54,914 bases of DNA from Pseudomonadota bacterium (GCA_027485595.1 JAIXQT010000048.1:1-54914), one strand, 5' to 3'; shown: positions 9,226 to 19,159, counted from the first letter of the stretch. Program-made: numbers and translations. The notes: generated from the letters alone by a model not told the origin.

Positions 9226-10726
9226 ACCCAGCGCGGTGCTTCTCACCAGCACCGTCGCGAATCACCTCGTGGTGTCACGATGCTGCGCGTCGGCGATACA
9301 TGCTGGCGTGCGTCCTGGTATGGCGCTTCCGCTCGCCGTTGCCTTCTCTCCTGGCGCCTACGTAGAGCCGTTTGATCCGGTGAGAGATTGTCGCGCGCTC
9401 TACAAATTAGCCGTGCGATGTTTGGAGTTCTCGCCTCTCGTTGGTCTCGACCACGAACTCTTTGTTGGGCGCTCACAGGGAACGCTTCAGGACGTGAGTC
9501 CACTTCACTATGGGATAACGATAGACCTCACCGGCACCGAAAAACTTCACGGAGATATCACGAAGCTTGCGCTCCATATTTATAGTTTTTTTAAAGGAAC
9601 CGCAGCTATCGCCATCGCTCCAACCCTTGGCGCCGCGTGGGCTCTCTCTCGATACTCAGTTGTAGGAGCCCCTCGCATCGTTATGAATAAACAAGAGGTC
9701 ATTCCCGCGCTCTCACCACTTCCCCTTGCGGCGCTCCGCATCCCTACGAGCTCCCTCGATCTACTTCGTGATGTAGGAATGACAACGATAGGAGACCTCA
9801 CCTACCTTCCCCGTTACACTATGGCGCAACGCTTCGGAAAGTTTGTGACCTACCGACTTGAGCAAGCGTTCGGAGATAGCGAGGAGCGGCTCCATACTGT
9901 TGAGGAAACAAAACGATACAACGCCTCACGTATCTTTGAGCCACCACTCACCCATCGCAAAAGCATCGTTATCTCTATCCACAGCCTCTTCCAATCTGTC
10001 ATCAATAACCTTAAAGCTAACAAACGCTCCGCAAAATACTTTCATCTCGCTATTCAAGACACGACAAAGGCCGTTATCTACCGAGAGTTTTCGCTCGCGT
10101 CGGCGACCGATGACATAGGACATCTGACCACTATTATCGAGCCGATTATTGATGGAATGAACTTCTCTGGAGAGATTCGAGAGATAGCGATTACCGCTCG
10201 ACAGATTGAGGCGACCCGCTCGGAACAAAAGAGTCTATCGCCCTCTCCTCATAAAGACGAACCTGACTCACGCGAGAAGAAGGAGCTTTTAAACACCTTC
10301 AGCGTGCGCATCGGCAAAGAGCGCCTCCTCTTCGCAAAGCTCAATCAATCGTACATCCCCGAGAAATCATTCTCGTATCACAGCGCGAGTGACGCGGCGA
10401 ACACTATGAACGTTCACGAAGCGATTCCTCACTATACGCTCCATGAACGCCCCTCCCACCTCCTCGCTACGCCAGAGGAGATCACAACTATCTCGATGCT
10501 TCCCGATAAGCCGCCCTCTTTTATTCAGTGGAGGGGGAAGAAACTTAAAATTCTTACCGGTATCGGCCCCGAACGGATATCACCCGAATGGTGGGGCGGC
10601 AACCTCGCCAAAGAAACAGGGGTCACACGGGATTATTTTAAAGTTCAAGATGAGTGTGGTCGATGGTTGTGGGTCTTTCGAGACCAGTCAACGCATACCT
10701 GGTTTCTGCATGGGATGTGGGTATGA
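9134..10726 (+). CDS. imuB: ImuB, catalytically inactive Y-family polymerase homolog
   Basis: AGVRPGMAL, FSPLVG, LSPLPLAALR motifs; C-terminal GPERISPEWW and RDYFKVQDECGRWLWVFR..WFLHG signature. Confidence 0.93.
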   Translation: MKIERRYLCAYFPEWSIQITKRSLKFRGLDKPSAVLLTSTVANHLVVSRCCASAIHAGVRPGMALPLAVAFSPGAYVEPFDPVRDCRALYKLAVRCLEFSPLVGLDHELFVGRSQGTLQDVSPLHYGITIDLTGTEKLHGDITKLALHIYSFFKGTAAIAIAPTLGAAWALSRYSVVGAPRIVMNKQEVIPALSPLPLAALRIPTSSLDLLRDVGMTTIGDLTYLPRYTMAQRFGKFVTYRLEQAFGDSEERLHTVEETKRYNASRIFEPPLTHRKSIVISIHSLFQSVINNLKANKRSAKYFHLAIQDTTKAVIYREFSLASATDDIGHLTTIIEPIIDGMNFSGEIREIAITARQIEATRSEQKSLSPSPHKDEPDSREKKELLNTFSVRIGKERLLFAKLNQSYIPEKSFSYHSASDAANTMNVHEAIPHYTLHERPSHLLATPEEITTISMLPDKPPSFIQWRGKKLKILTGIGPERISPEWWGGNLAKETGVTRDYFKVQDECGRWLWVFRDQSTHTWFLHGMWV

Positions 10727-11118
10727 GAATGAATCGGCACGTCACCGTCATCGCGATCCAATGCGGAATGCTCGATCATACCCGGCCTGTCAGGAGACAG
10801 GCCCTCCGGATAATAAATAGCACCGCGCACATAACCCGGAGGTCCCGTCCCGCCTACACCGAACTCCAAGTCGCCAGTAACTTCTCCTTCCTCCGAGGAG
10901 CAAGCCATCCACACGAACTCGTCTGGCAAGCGGCGCAACTCGACTATAAAGTGATCGGAATATTCGATCATACCCGGCCTGTCAGGAGACAGGCCCTCCG
11001 GATAATAAATAGCACCGCGCACATAACCCGGAGGGCCCGTCTCCCGACGGGCCGGCATCGCGACCGTAATGACGTTACGCAACGGCGCTTCCAACTACTA
11101 TTACAGGGACCAACATGA
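10723..11118 (+). CDS. Possible 131-aa linker ORF built from the repeats and the dnaE2 N-terminal copy
   Basis: ATG overlaps the imuB stop (ATGA 10723-10726) and its TGA overlaps the dnaE2 start (ATGA 11115-11118); open throughout. Confidence 0.3.
   Translation: MRMNRHVTVIAIQCGMLDHTRPVRRQALRIINSTAHITRRSRPAYTELQVASNFSFLRGASHPHELVWQAAQLDYKVIGIFDHTRPVRRQALRIINSTAHITRRARLPTGRHRDRNDVTQRRFQLLLQGPT
10772..11034 (+). repeat. 71-bp perfect direct repeat (10772-10842 and 10964-11034, period 192) containing a REP-like hairpin and flanking a copy of the dnaE2 5' end
   Basis: TCGATCATACCCGGCCTGTCAGGAGACAGGCCCTCCGGATAATAAATAGCACCGCGCACATAACCCGGAGG occurs twice; the spacer 10843-10959 matches 11121-11237. 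Confidence 0.95.
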
Positions 11119-14100
11119 CCTCACGTCCCGCCTACACCGAACTCCAAGTAGCCAGCAACTTCTCCTTTCTCCGAGGAGCAAGCCATCCACACGAACTCGT
11201 CTGGCAGGCGGCACAACTCGGTTACAAAGCGATAGGACTGACCGATTACAACACCCTCTCTGGAATCGTACGGGGACACGCTGCGGCGCAGGAGGCTGGA
11301 ATACAATTTCTTGTGGGATGCCGCGTTGAGATAGATTTCACTGGGATGTGCAAACACCCATTAAGCGCGCGGGTACCGCAGTATCATCGAAGCTCCCTCC
11401 TCATCTATCCAAAAGACAGAACCGCGTACGGAACCCTCTGCCAGCTCCTTACCAACGGCAAACGCGATGTCTCAAAGAATGACTTCTTTTTAAACCTAGC
11501 GGACTTTCTTCCCGTTCAGCAGTCATTCGCGACGATCATCGTACCGCCATTCTTTCAAACCCTCTTTCACCATATCGATTATCAAGAGAACGCAAGCGAG
11601 CAGAAAACACGGGCGGAGATATTCTTTGAGTTCTGTAGTATTTTAAAGGAGAACTCCCTCGATCCCGCGCTTCTCTCACTCGCGCTCACCTCAAACTACA
11701 GTCCCCTTAATCCACACCTTTTCCACAAGGCGCTCTCACTCGCCAAAACATTAAACATAGCGCCGGTAGCGACCAACGACGTGCACTACCACACCCCAGA
11801 CCGAAAGCCCCTTCAAGACGCGGTGACCTGCATTCGAGAAAAGTGCACCCTGCAACAAGCAGGCTTTCGTCTCTTTCAGAATGGGGAGCGATATCTTAAA
11901 ACTCCAGAAGAGATGGCGCGGCTCTTTAGAGAGCTTCCACACGCAATATCGCGGACGCAAACGATCACCGAGATCGCTTCATCATTCTCTCTCTCTCAAC
12001 TCACCTATACCTATCCTGATGAGATCTGCCCCAATCAACTCTCTCCCTATGACTACCTTCAGCAGGAAGTCACGAAGGGAGCGCGTCGCCACTATCCAGC
12101 GGGGGTGCCTGACCATGTCACACAAGCGCTTGAGGAGGAGCTCGTTCTCATTCATGAGCTTGAGTACGAGAAATATTTCCTTACCTGCTACGACATCGTA
12201 ACCTTCGCTCGAGAACGAGGTATTCTGTGCCAGGGACGGGGCGCCGCCGCTAACTCGGTCGTGTGCTATTGCTTAGGCATCACCTCTGTGGACCCGACCA
12301 AGATAGATCTCCTCTTCGCGCGCTTCGTCAGTAAGGAGCGAAGGGAACCTCCTGACATCGATATCGACTTCGAGCACGAGCGACGAGAGGAGGTCATTCA
12401 GTATATCTACGGAAAATACGGAAGGCACAGAGCCGCTATCGCAGCGGAGGTGGTCACCTATCAAGCGCGCAGTGCTGTGCGCGAGATAGGAAAAGCGCTC
12501 GGGCTCTCACTTGAGATAGTCGACAAGCTCGCCAAAGGTGTTCATCGATGGACCGGCTGCGCCATCACCGCCGATTCCCTTCGCGAGATAGGGCTCGACC
12601 CGTTTGACTCAACCGTTCAAAACTCGTTGATACTCGCGAACGAGCTGGTGGGATTCCCTCGACACCTCTCGCAACACGTTGGGGGATTCATCATCTCGAA
12701 CACCCCTTTGTGTGAGATCGTGCCGATAATTAACGCCGGCATGGAGAGTCGCACCATCATCGAATGGGATAAGAACGATATCGAGGAGCTTGGGATGCTC
12801 AAAATCGATATCCTTGCCCTTGGGATGCTCACCTGTATCCGCAAAGCGTTCGACCTCATTAACGCTCGGAGGGGCGAACAACTTGAACTTCATTCGATCC
12901 CCCAAGAGGACCCGGCCGTGTATGAGATGCTCTCTCGCTCAGATAGCGTCGGTGTATTCCAAGTTGAGTCGCGCGCACAGATGTCGATGCTTCCCCGACT
13001 TAAGCCCAGATGCTTCTACGACCTTGTGATTGAGGTAGCTATCGTTCGTCCCGGCCCAATTCAGGGAAATATGGTGCATCCCTTTTTAAAGCGGAGAAAC
13101 GGCTACGAGAAGCCGTACTATCCTGACGCCCGTGTTGAACGAATCCTGGGTAAGACCCTCGGCGTGCCTATCTTTCAAGAACAAGCCATGCGCCTCGCGA
13201 TTACGCTCGCGAACTTTACCCCGGGAGAAGCCGAGCAACTTCGTCGCGCGATGGCAGCATGGAAAACGCACAAGGGAGTGATAGAGAACTTTAAAGAAAA
13301 GATAGTGCGGGGGATGCTTGCGAACGGCTACACGACAGAATTTGCGGAAACGTGTCTCAATCAAATAAAAGGATTTAGCGAGTACGGCTTTCCCGAATCA
13401 CACGCAGCTTCCTTCGCGCTCCTTGTATACGCGTCAGCGTGGATTAAACGACACTATCCAGCTGAGTTCGCGTGCGCTCTCCTTAATAGTCAACCGATGG
13501 GATTCTATGCGCCCTCTCAGATCGTTCAAGACGCGCAGCGTCACGGGGTACAATTCTCACCTATCGATGCCAACCGAAGTAGTTGGGACTGCGCGATGTC
13601 GTATCCCGGTAACGGCTGTGGTGAAGTACGACTGGGACTCAGGCTTATCTCAGGACTTAGGCGTGACCACGCCGAGGCTATCGCTGACTCCGTTGAACAA
13701 ACCGGAGAGTTCAGTTCTATCGACTCCCTCTGGGCACGAGATATTAAAGTATCGAAATCTACCCTACGAACCTTGGCGAAAGCAGACGCCTTTGGTTCCG
13801 TTGAACTTACCCGCCGTCCCGCGCACTGGAACATCAGCGCGCTCGCCCCCCAACCTGCACCGATGGACGCGCTCTTTACGAAGCGCTCCTCTGGACATGA
13901 AAGGGCGCTTCCAACACCAACCGCGCAACGAGATATGTTCGATGACTACGCTACAACCGGTTTGTCCTTAAAGGCGCACCCACTAATGTTTCTCCGTGAG
14001 TACCTCTCGCACAAAAAGGCATACGCATCCGAGCGCCTTCAATCAAAACACGGGATACGGATAGGAACTCGTGTCACAACCGCGGGACTCGTTATCGCGA

Positions 14101-14351
14101 GGCAGCGACCGGGGACAGCGAAAGGAGTTGTCTTTATTACCCTTGAGGATGAAACCGGAACTACCAACCTCATTATTCGTCCCGCTCTCTTTGAGGCGAA
14201 TCAAACGACCACGATGCGAAGCTCAATTATTCTCGCCGAGGGGAAGCTGGAGCGGATAGGTGACGTTGTCTACCTCGACGTCGAACGGCTTGAACCCCTT
14301 GACCGAATGTTAGTGGAGCGCCCGCAGTCGGCGGCGCCGTATGCGTGTTAG
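11115..14351 (+). CDS. dnaE2: Error-prone DNA polymerase DnaE2 (ImuC)
   Basis: PHP start YTELQVASNFSFLRGASHP; CQGRGAAANS, PPDIDIDFEH, FPRHLSQHVGG, GFSEYGFPESHAASFA; OB-fold RQRPGTAKGVVFITLEDETG. Confidence 0.97.
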   Translation: MTSRPAYTELQVASNFSFLRGASHPHELVWQAAQLGYKAIGLTDYNTLSGIVRGHAAAQEAGIQFLVGCRVEIDFTGMCKHPLSARVPQYHRSSLLIYPKDRTAYGTLCQLLTNGKRDVSKNDFFLNLADFLPVQQSFATIIVPPFFQTLFHHIDYQENASEQKTRAEIFFEFCSILKENSLDPALLSLALTSNYSPLNPHLFHKALSLAKTLNIAPVATNDVHYHTPDRKPLQDAVTCIREKCTLQQAGFRLFQNGERYLKTPEEMARLFRELPHAISRTQTITEIASSFSLSQLTYTYPDEICPNQLSPYDYLQQEVTKGARRHYPAGVPDHVTQALEEELVLIHELEYEKYFLTCYDIVTFARERGILCQGRGAAANSVVCYCLGITSVDPTKIDLLFARFVSKERREPPDIDIDFEHERREEVIQYIYGKYGRHRAAIAAEVVTYQARSAVREIGKALGLSLEIVDKLAKGVHRWTGCAITADSLREIGLDPFDSTVQNSLILANELVGFPRHLSQHVGGFIISNTPLCEIVPIINAGMESRTIIEWDKNDIEELGMLKIDILALGMLTCIRKAFDLINARRGEQLELHSIPQEDPAVYEMLSRSDSVGVFQVESRAQMSMLPRLKPRCFYDLVIEVAIVRPGPIQGNMVHPFLKRRNGYEKPYYPDARVERILGKTLGVPIFQEQAMRLAITLANFTPGEAEQLRRAMAAWKTHKGVIENFKEKIVRGMLANGYTTEFAETCLNQIKGFSEYGFPESHAASFALLVYASAWIKRHYPAEFACALLNSQPMGFYAPSQIVQDAQRHGVQFSPIDANRSSWDCAMSYPGNGCGEVRLGLRLISGLRRDHAEAIADSVEQTGEFSSIDSLWARDIKVSKSTLRTLAKADAFGSVELTRRPAHWNISALAPQPAPMDALFTKRSSGHERALPTPTAQRDMFDDYATTGLSLKAHPLMFLREYLSHKKAYASERLQSKHGIRIGTRVTTAGLVIARQRPGTAKGVVFITLEDETGTTNLIIRPALFEANQTTTMRSSIILAEGKLERIGDVVYLDVERLEPLDRMLVERPQSAAPYAC

Positions 14352-14522
14352 CAGGGTCAATGTCACGGCGCTTCATACGTCTCGCCCCCAATCAACCAAG
14401 TCTGCGGTGAGCACCCCTGAGATAAACACTCGTATAAACAGCACCTTGGACCACCTCGGTTGTGTAAGCCCCCCAAAGCGCATACAACTATCCTTCCAGC
14501 GAAACTCGGTTGAGAGAGAAGT

Positions 14523-15503
14523 ATGATTTCAAGCACGAGAGATAGTACCCCTCGTAGTCCTGGGGACGTTCCGCAGGGCGATGAGACGGCCCCCGCCCCT
14601 TTGAATACCCACACCAACATGAACAGGAGAGCGTTCTTTCGCTCTCTCGCAGGTCGGTCTGCTGATCTCGGCATGGCGGGGGTTGCCGCGTCGTGTGGTT
14701 TTGCGAGTGTTGATTGCGCTACGACTCTGGGGTCGATCTTTACATTAGAGGACGACATGAGAAAAGAGCCGGTGACCAAGCTGGCCCAAGAAAACTCGCG
14801 TACCTCATATTTTACCGTCAAGCATCCAAACGGCGCTATCATCGATGTGATTGGGCTCAAACACACCGAAGAACACTATGCGCTCTGCAAAGATACCCTT
14901 ACCCAGCGAGTGGCGCCCGCGGATATCGTACTATGTGAGCAAGGAGATTTCTTTAAAAAGAACTTTCGCGATCCTGCTGAGGCGAGAGGCAAAATATCCG
15001 CTCCCGTTGAGGGAATCTTTACGAATCTCAAGGGAGGCGTGTGCTTGAGCCTAGCCCTCTGGGTATGTGCATTCAAAGTGTTTGATCATCTCAAGCGAGG
15101 GATCTACTTTTTGACGACGGCGTTGCGTCGTAATAACAGCAGACGGCTTGCCCCGGAACACACCGTCAAACGGCGCGCGGCGTTGAAAGATGCGCTGAAA
15201 ATGTTCACGTATCTCTATGTGGGACTTGGTGGTGGACAGTCCTTGGCAGACCGCACGCAAAACCAACACTTCATGCTGGCAGACGTAAGTCCACTTAAGG
15301 ATGGTCGAAGCATGAAGATGTGGGCCAACGCATTAACCTGGGCGGAGAGGAACCCGGGCGCTCGAATAGCTGTTGTCGTCGGAGATGGTCATGCGCGAGC
15401 GATACGGTTCTACACTTCAACACCCGACGGCCGAATCGCATTTGCCATCAAAAATCCGATCTACAATGTGGCGCATTTGAATTGCTTGGATTTTACGACG
15501 TAG
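14523..15503 (+). CDS. TraB/PrgY/GumN (TIKI-like) fold membrane protein; likely start at 14619 with a twin-arginine motif
   Basis: IDVIGLKH...ADIVLCE, DGRSMKM and IAVVVGDGHA resemble TraB-family motifs; MNRRAFF at 14619. Confidence 0.5.
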   Translation: MISSTRDSTPRSPGDVPQGDETAPAPLNTHTNMNRRAFFRSLAGRSADLGMAGVAASCGFASVDCATTLGSIFTLEDDMRKEPVTKLAQENSRTSYFTVKHPNGAIIDVIGLKHTEEHYALCKDTLTQRVAPADIVLCEQGDFFKKNFRDPAEARGKISAPVEGIFTNLKGGVCLSLALWVCAFKVFDHLKRGIYFLTTALRRNNSRRLAPEHTVKRRAALKDALKMFTYLYVGLGGGQSLADRTQNQHFMLADVSPLKDGRSMKMWANALTWAERNPGARIAVVVGDGHARAIRFYTSTPDGRIAFAIKNPIYNVAHLNCLDFTT

Positions 15504-15854
15504 CGCACTTTTTCTATGAGAGAGCGTGTGCCGGGGATTGTTATCTGAAGTAATTTGCGCGGTATTTTCCACGGCAAACTCTTTCTACCGTTCTCACAAG
15601 CCTCACACGCGCCCCCGAAAAAACACGGCCCATGCGCTCTGCGAAGTAACCTAATAGCCTTACTCGTATGCCTGTCCTATCCAACGGTCTACGAGCATTG
15701 GCCAGCGCACCGACACTTCAGAGTCTCCATCGAATGATGGTCGATCGCCCTCCGGCAGCACTGTATTCATTTCAATTTATTCCATGTAGTAGCTTCCGCT
15801 ATTTCTCTCAGAGCTAGCAGGGTGCTCTCCTCCGAGAGAAATAGTCATGGTGCG

Positions 15855-16571
15855 TTATTTTCTTGGTATCTTTATCGTTTCTGAGATAACTGAGAATCCG
15901 TTCTGTGAGGAGCCTACCACGTAGATGATTCCATACGACCGGCGCACCACTTGCGCTGGTAGTTTCACCCGCTTAGCCGAGCGAGGCTCAAGTGAAACGG
16001 CATACCGTACCGAGGTCGCGCCAAGCACCATGTCTGTTGTCTCCTGACCATTTCGAATAGTCGCGACCGACGTAGGCAATCTAGCTCCACGCTCGCTGAG
16101 TGACACTCGCACCCGAACCGCCCCAGTTTTAGCCAGGTGTCGAACCACTACGCCGGGCTGTACAATTGAGGCTCCAGTATTCTGGAAGACAGCGAGCTGG
16201 GGCGTGCCCTTGCTTGAGAGACTAGCGACGAGGGAGAACTTCTCTTTTTCCGCTGCCTGAGAGATCGTCACGCTCTTCTCGATTACCGGAGTCCCCGCAC
16301 AACTTCCTGTGGCCACAAATACACGAACCGTGTAGTCGCCAGCACCGAGCTCAACCTTGGTTGATTGCTTAAATGTAACTCCCTTGAGAGCGCAGGCTCC
16401 GTTTACTGATATATCCACGGGAAGCTCTTCGGCTAACCCAAGGTCCTTTCCATTGATACCATGGATAACGCGAACATCGGCTGCCATTGCGTGATGCGCA
16501 GCCCCAAACAGCACCGTCACCGCCAAAACCAGATATTTAATTTGTTTCATATACTTACCTTTCATTTTCAC
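15855..16571 (-). CDS. Secreted DUF4397-domain protein
   Basis: Signal peptide ending AMA; VRVIHG..PVDISVNG..LKGVTF and VVRHLAK repeats typical of DUF4397. Confidence 0.7.
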   Translation of the reverse strand: MKMKGKYMKQIKYLVLAVTVLFGAAHHAMAADVRVIHGINGKDLGLAEELPVDISVNGACALKGVTFKQSTKVELGAGDYTVRVFVATGSCAGTPVIEKSVTISQAAEKEKFSLVASLSSKGTPQLAVFQNTGASIVQPGVVVRHLAKTGAVRVRVSLSERGARLPTSVATIRNGQETTDMVLGATSVRYAVSLEPRSAKRVKLPAQVVRRSYGIIYVVGSSQNGFSVISETIKIPRK

Positions 16572-16591
16572 ACTATATCGAGCAAAACACT

Positions 16592-16667
16592 ATATACTGT
16601 TATTTTATAGCAGTATATTAAAGGATCCCCTTTCTCCTTGTCAATAAATACTGTAAAATATTGACAG
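16592..16667. promoter_or_regulatory. Divergent promoter region with two CTG-N11-CAG palindromic operator candidates and back-to-back TTGACA -35 hexamers
   Basis: ATATACTG-N11-CAGTATAT at 16592-16618; CTGT-N9-ACAG at 16651-16667; TTGACA on minus at 16639-16644 with TAATAT 18 bp downstream; TTGACA on plus at 16661-16666. Confidence 0.55.
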
Positions 16668-16701
16668 GTAAGCGTAGTGCTTAAGATTTAAGGTATTCGT
16701 T

Positions 16702-17550
16702 TTGAGCTCTTTTGATCCCCCCGCATACATTCGAGCACTTCTGCGGCCCCTTGTACGGTGGTGTCTTAAGAGAGGAGTCCGTTCGAGTCAGGTTGAAGAG
16801 ATACTCCGCGAGTCCTTTGTTCATGAGGCGCAGCACGAGATTCACGAAGCTCAGGGCGCGTTCAGCGTCAGTAAGGTGAGCGTGATGACCGGACTACACC
16901 GTAGCGAGGTGTCACGTTTACTTACCGGCGAACGACCCGACCGAGCAGCGCACGATATCTTGAATCGAGTTCTCGGATTGTGGGCATCTTCAAAGCGGTA
17001 TCGAACAGCCGAGGGCGATCCGAGAGACTTAACGCACGAGGGACTTTCAAGCGAATTCGCTCGACTCGTAGCCGACGTCAGCAAGGAAGTTACCCATTAT
17101 CCGATCCTCTTTGAGCTTGAGAGGATCGGCGCTATCGAATACGTTGGGAATCTCGTACGATTAAGAGTGCAGGAATACACCCCTCGGGAGGATCACCAGT
17201 ACGGACTAGACCTGCTCAGTCTGGATGCAGGGGACCTTGCGTCAGCGATCGAGGCTAACGTTGCAAATCGAGACAGAGACCCGAACCTCCATTTGCGCAC
17301 GGCGTACGACAATATAGATCCGAACGCTCTTCCTGAAATCAGGAGGTGGATCCTAAAACAGGGAGCTGAGTTCCAGTCCCGAATGCGCGAATATCTCGCT
17401 ACATTCGACAGAGACTCAGCGGGAACAGTTGAAGAATTCGGCGAGAGAGCTCGGGTAGCCGTGACGAGTTTTTCATACGCGGAGCCTATTCAGGCGCCGA
17501 AAGCGATAGTGCCACGAAAGAGAGGGAGAAAGCGATGCACGCCACAATAG
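16702..17550 (+). CDS. DUF6502-family HTH protein, putative transcriptional regulator
   Basis: LLRPLVRWCLKRGV, SVSKVSVMTGLHRSEVSRL and RVLGLW motifs. Confidence 0.75.
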   Translation: MSSFDPPAYIRALLRPLVRWCLKRGVRSSQVEEILRESFVHEAQHEIHEAQGAFSVSKVSVMTGLHRSEVSRLLTGERPDRAAHDILNRVLGLWASSKRYRTAEGDPRDLTHEGLSSEFARLVADVSKEVTHYPILFELERIGAIEYVGNLVRLRVQEYTPREDHQYGLDLLSLDAGDLASAIEANVANRDRDPNLHLRTAYDNIDPNALPEIRRWILKQGAEFQSRMREYLATFDRDSAGTVEEFGERARVAVTSFSYAEPIQAPKAIVPRKRGRKRCTPQ

Positions 17551-18245
17551 CTCACTATGGAGCGAAACTATTTGCGCTAACGCTCATCACGTTTACCATC
17601 GCGTCGTGCGGAGGAGGCACCACAGGCACCTCATCTACCGACTCAGTGAAATTCGCGGGATACGCTGAGCAGGCGAACGGAACTCGCGCGCCCTTCCTCT
17701 CCATGACCGTCTCGTCAGGAATCTCGGGAGAGGATCTCGAAAACTCAGGCACGGATGCGGATGGTGATTTCGCTATGACGTTGCCTTCGAGCGAGAGCTC
17801 CTTGGTGATAGATGTCAATGGAGTTGGAAGCACCACGATGCGGCGCCTTCAGCAGGGACCAGGAACTCTGTCGACGAAGTTAGCGGCCACCGACGAGGGA
17901 ATTCAATCGGAATTACAGTTTGAGGCGCAAGTCAGTGAACAGAACCTCTGTTCAAGTCTTTCGGCGTCCGGCGATGAGCTAACTGTGGTTGCCTATGAGG
18001 ACCAAGTACCGTGTCCCGCTACCCTCACCATCGCCTCGAAAGAGCTTACCTTGGGTAACTTTGAGGGCGCGGTCGTGGCGAGATGCGCTGGCGCAAACAG
18101 CACCCTTACAACAGCACGGGCCGATGCCGCCGGTAATGTAACCCTCGATCTGAGCGCTGCGCTCACAGCAGGATGCAGTGAAATACAAATTGTAGTGTCT
18201 CATCCTCAGGCCCCTGGGCTTGAGAGCGTCTTTTACGTGAAATGA
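17535..18245 (+). CDS. Hypothetical lipoprotein
   Basis: Lipobox IASC followed by GGGTTGTSS linker; overlaps the upstream DUF6502 gene. Confidence 0.7.
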   Translation: MHATIAHYGAKLFALTLITFTIASCGGGTTGTSSTDSVKFAGYAEQANGTRAPFLSMTVSSGISGEDLENSGTDADGDFAMTLPSSESSLVIDVNGVGSTTMRRLQQGPGTLSTKLAATDEGIQSELQFEAQVSEQNLCSSLSASGDELTVVAYEDQVPCPATLTIASKELTLGNFEGAVVARCAGANSTLTTARADAAGNVTLDLSAALTAGCSEIQIVVSHPQAPGLESVFYVK

Positions 18246-19159
18246 TACGTGACACTACGCGCCTCCGAGGCAGGAGAGGCGCTCTCCCGCTTTCCTTCGA
18301 GGAACGCAGTAACGTGGTCGCTTGAACGAGTCTGCCGGTTTATACGGAATACAGCACCCGCTGATTGTAGTTTAAAAACTGGAATACCTCCCAAAAAGGT
18401 CTTGTCGACCATAACGCCCTACCCTCTCGCGTTGGTTAGGTAGACGGTGCTCATTGTGTTCACGATCTCGCCATGAATCTACATTCGGATTTCGGCCGCA
18501 TCGGTATCGTACCATACCTTAACCCAATCCTTCTGGGTAACCCTGCGTCCTTGGGAGAATCTTTCTTAGCACCCAGGAAATAGGAGAGGGATCCGGCCCG
18601 AGCCGGCCGAAACCTATTCCTGCCTTAGGCCAAGGTTGACCAAGAGAATGCCTCTTCTTCGCGGCAGTCATACAGCCCATCAATAACGCAAGCGGCTGCC
18701 GGCGTGATTTTCCTGCTTTCCGTATGCGCTTTTCCAGTCCGCACGAGCCAACCCTGCTCAGCTGCATTTACGTCCGCTCGGCTATTGGAGCCTCCCCATT
18801 TCTCTCGGAGACCGCCCGGTACAAAAACGCACGCTGTCTGATTTTGAATCGCATCGGTAGATCTCAAAATTAGACACACGCACCTCAATCCTTTGGCAGC
18901 TAATTTCGGTGCGAGTTCGCAGCTTGTATGTTTGGAAAACATAGAGATTGCCATCTCAGTTCAGCATCCACAAGATCTCAACGTCTTCAACTCTCCGAAT
19001 TCGTTAAAACAGAGAGATGCTTTTAAAGCACCCTAATCTAGGGGTCCTTAACGCGCAGTCCCTGAGAGAGCTTGCTGAGGTTTACTAAAATGGAATTCGA
19101 GAATAATGGTATTCAGTCAGGTGTGAACATTGTAAAGTGAAATTCAAGCGAGATGAATT

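Noticed and set aside
10772-11034. CRISPR array
   Set aside because: Only two repeats, 71 bp long with a 121-bp spacer, and no cas genes; better explained as REP-associated duplication or capture
16592-16667. Canonical E. coli-type LexA boxes
   Set aside because: Spacing is CTG-N11-CAG rather than N10, and the flanking genes are not SOS genes
18249-19150. Short ORFs 18519..18767 and 18625..18954
   Set aside because: No recognisable family, RBS or operon context; possibly decayed coding DNA but not assignable
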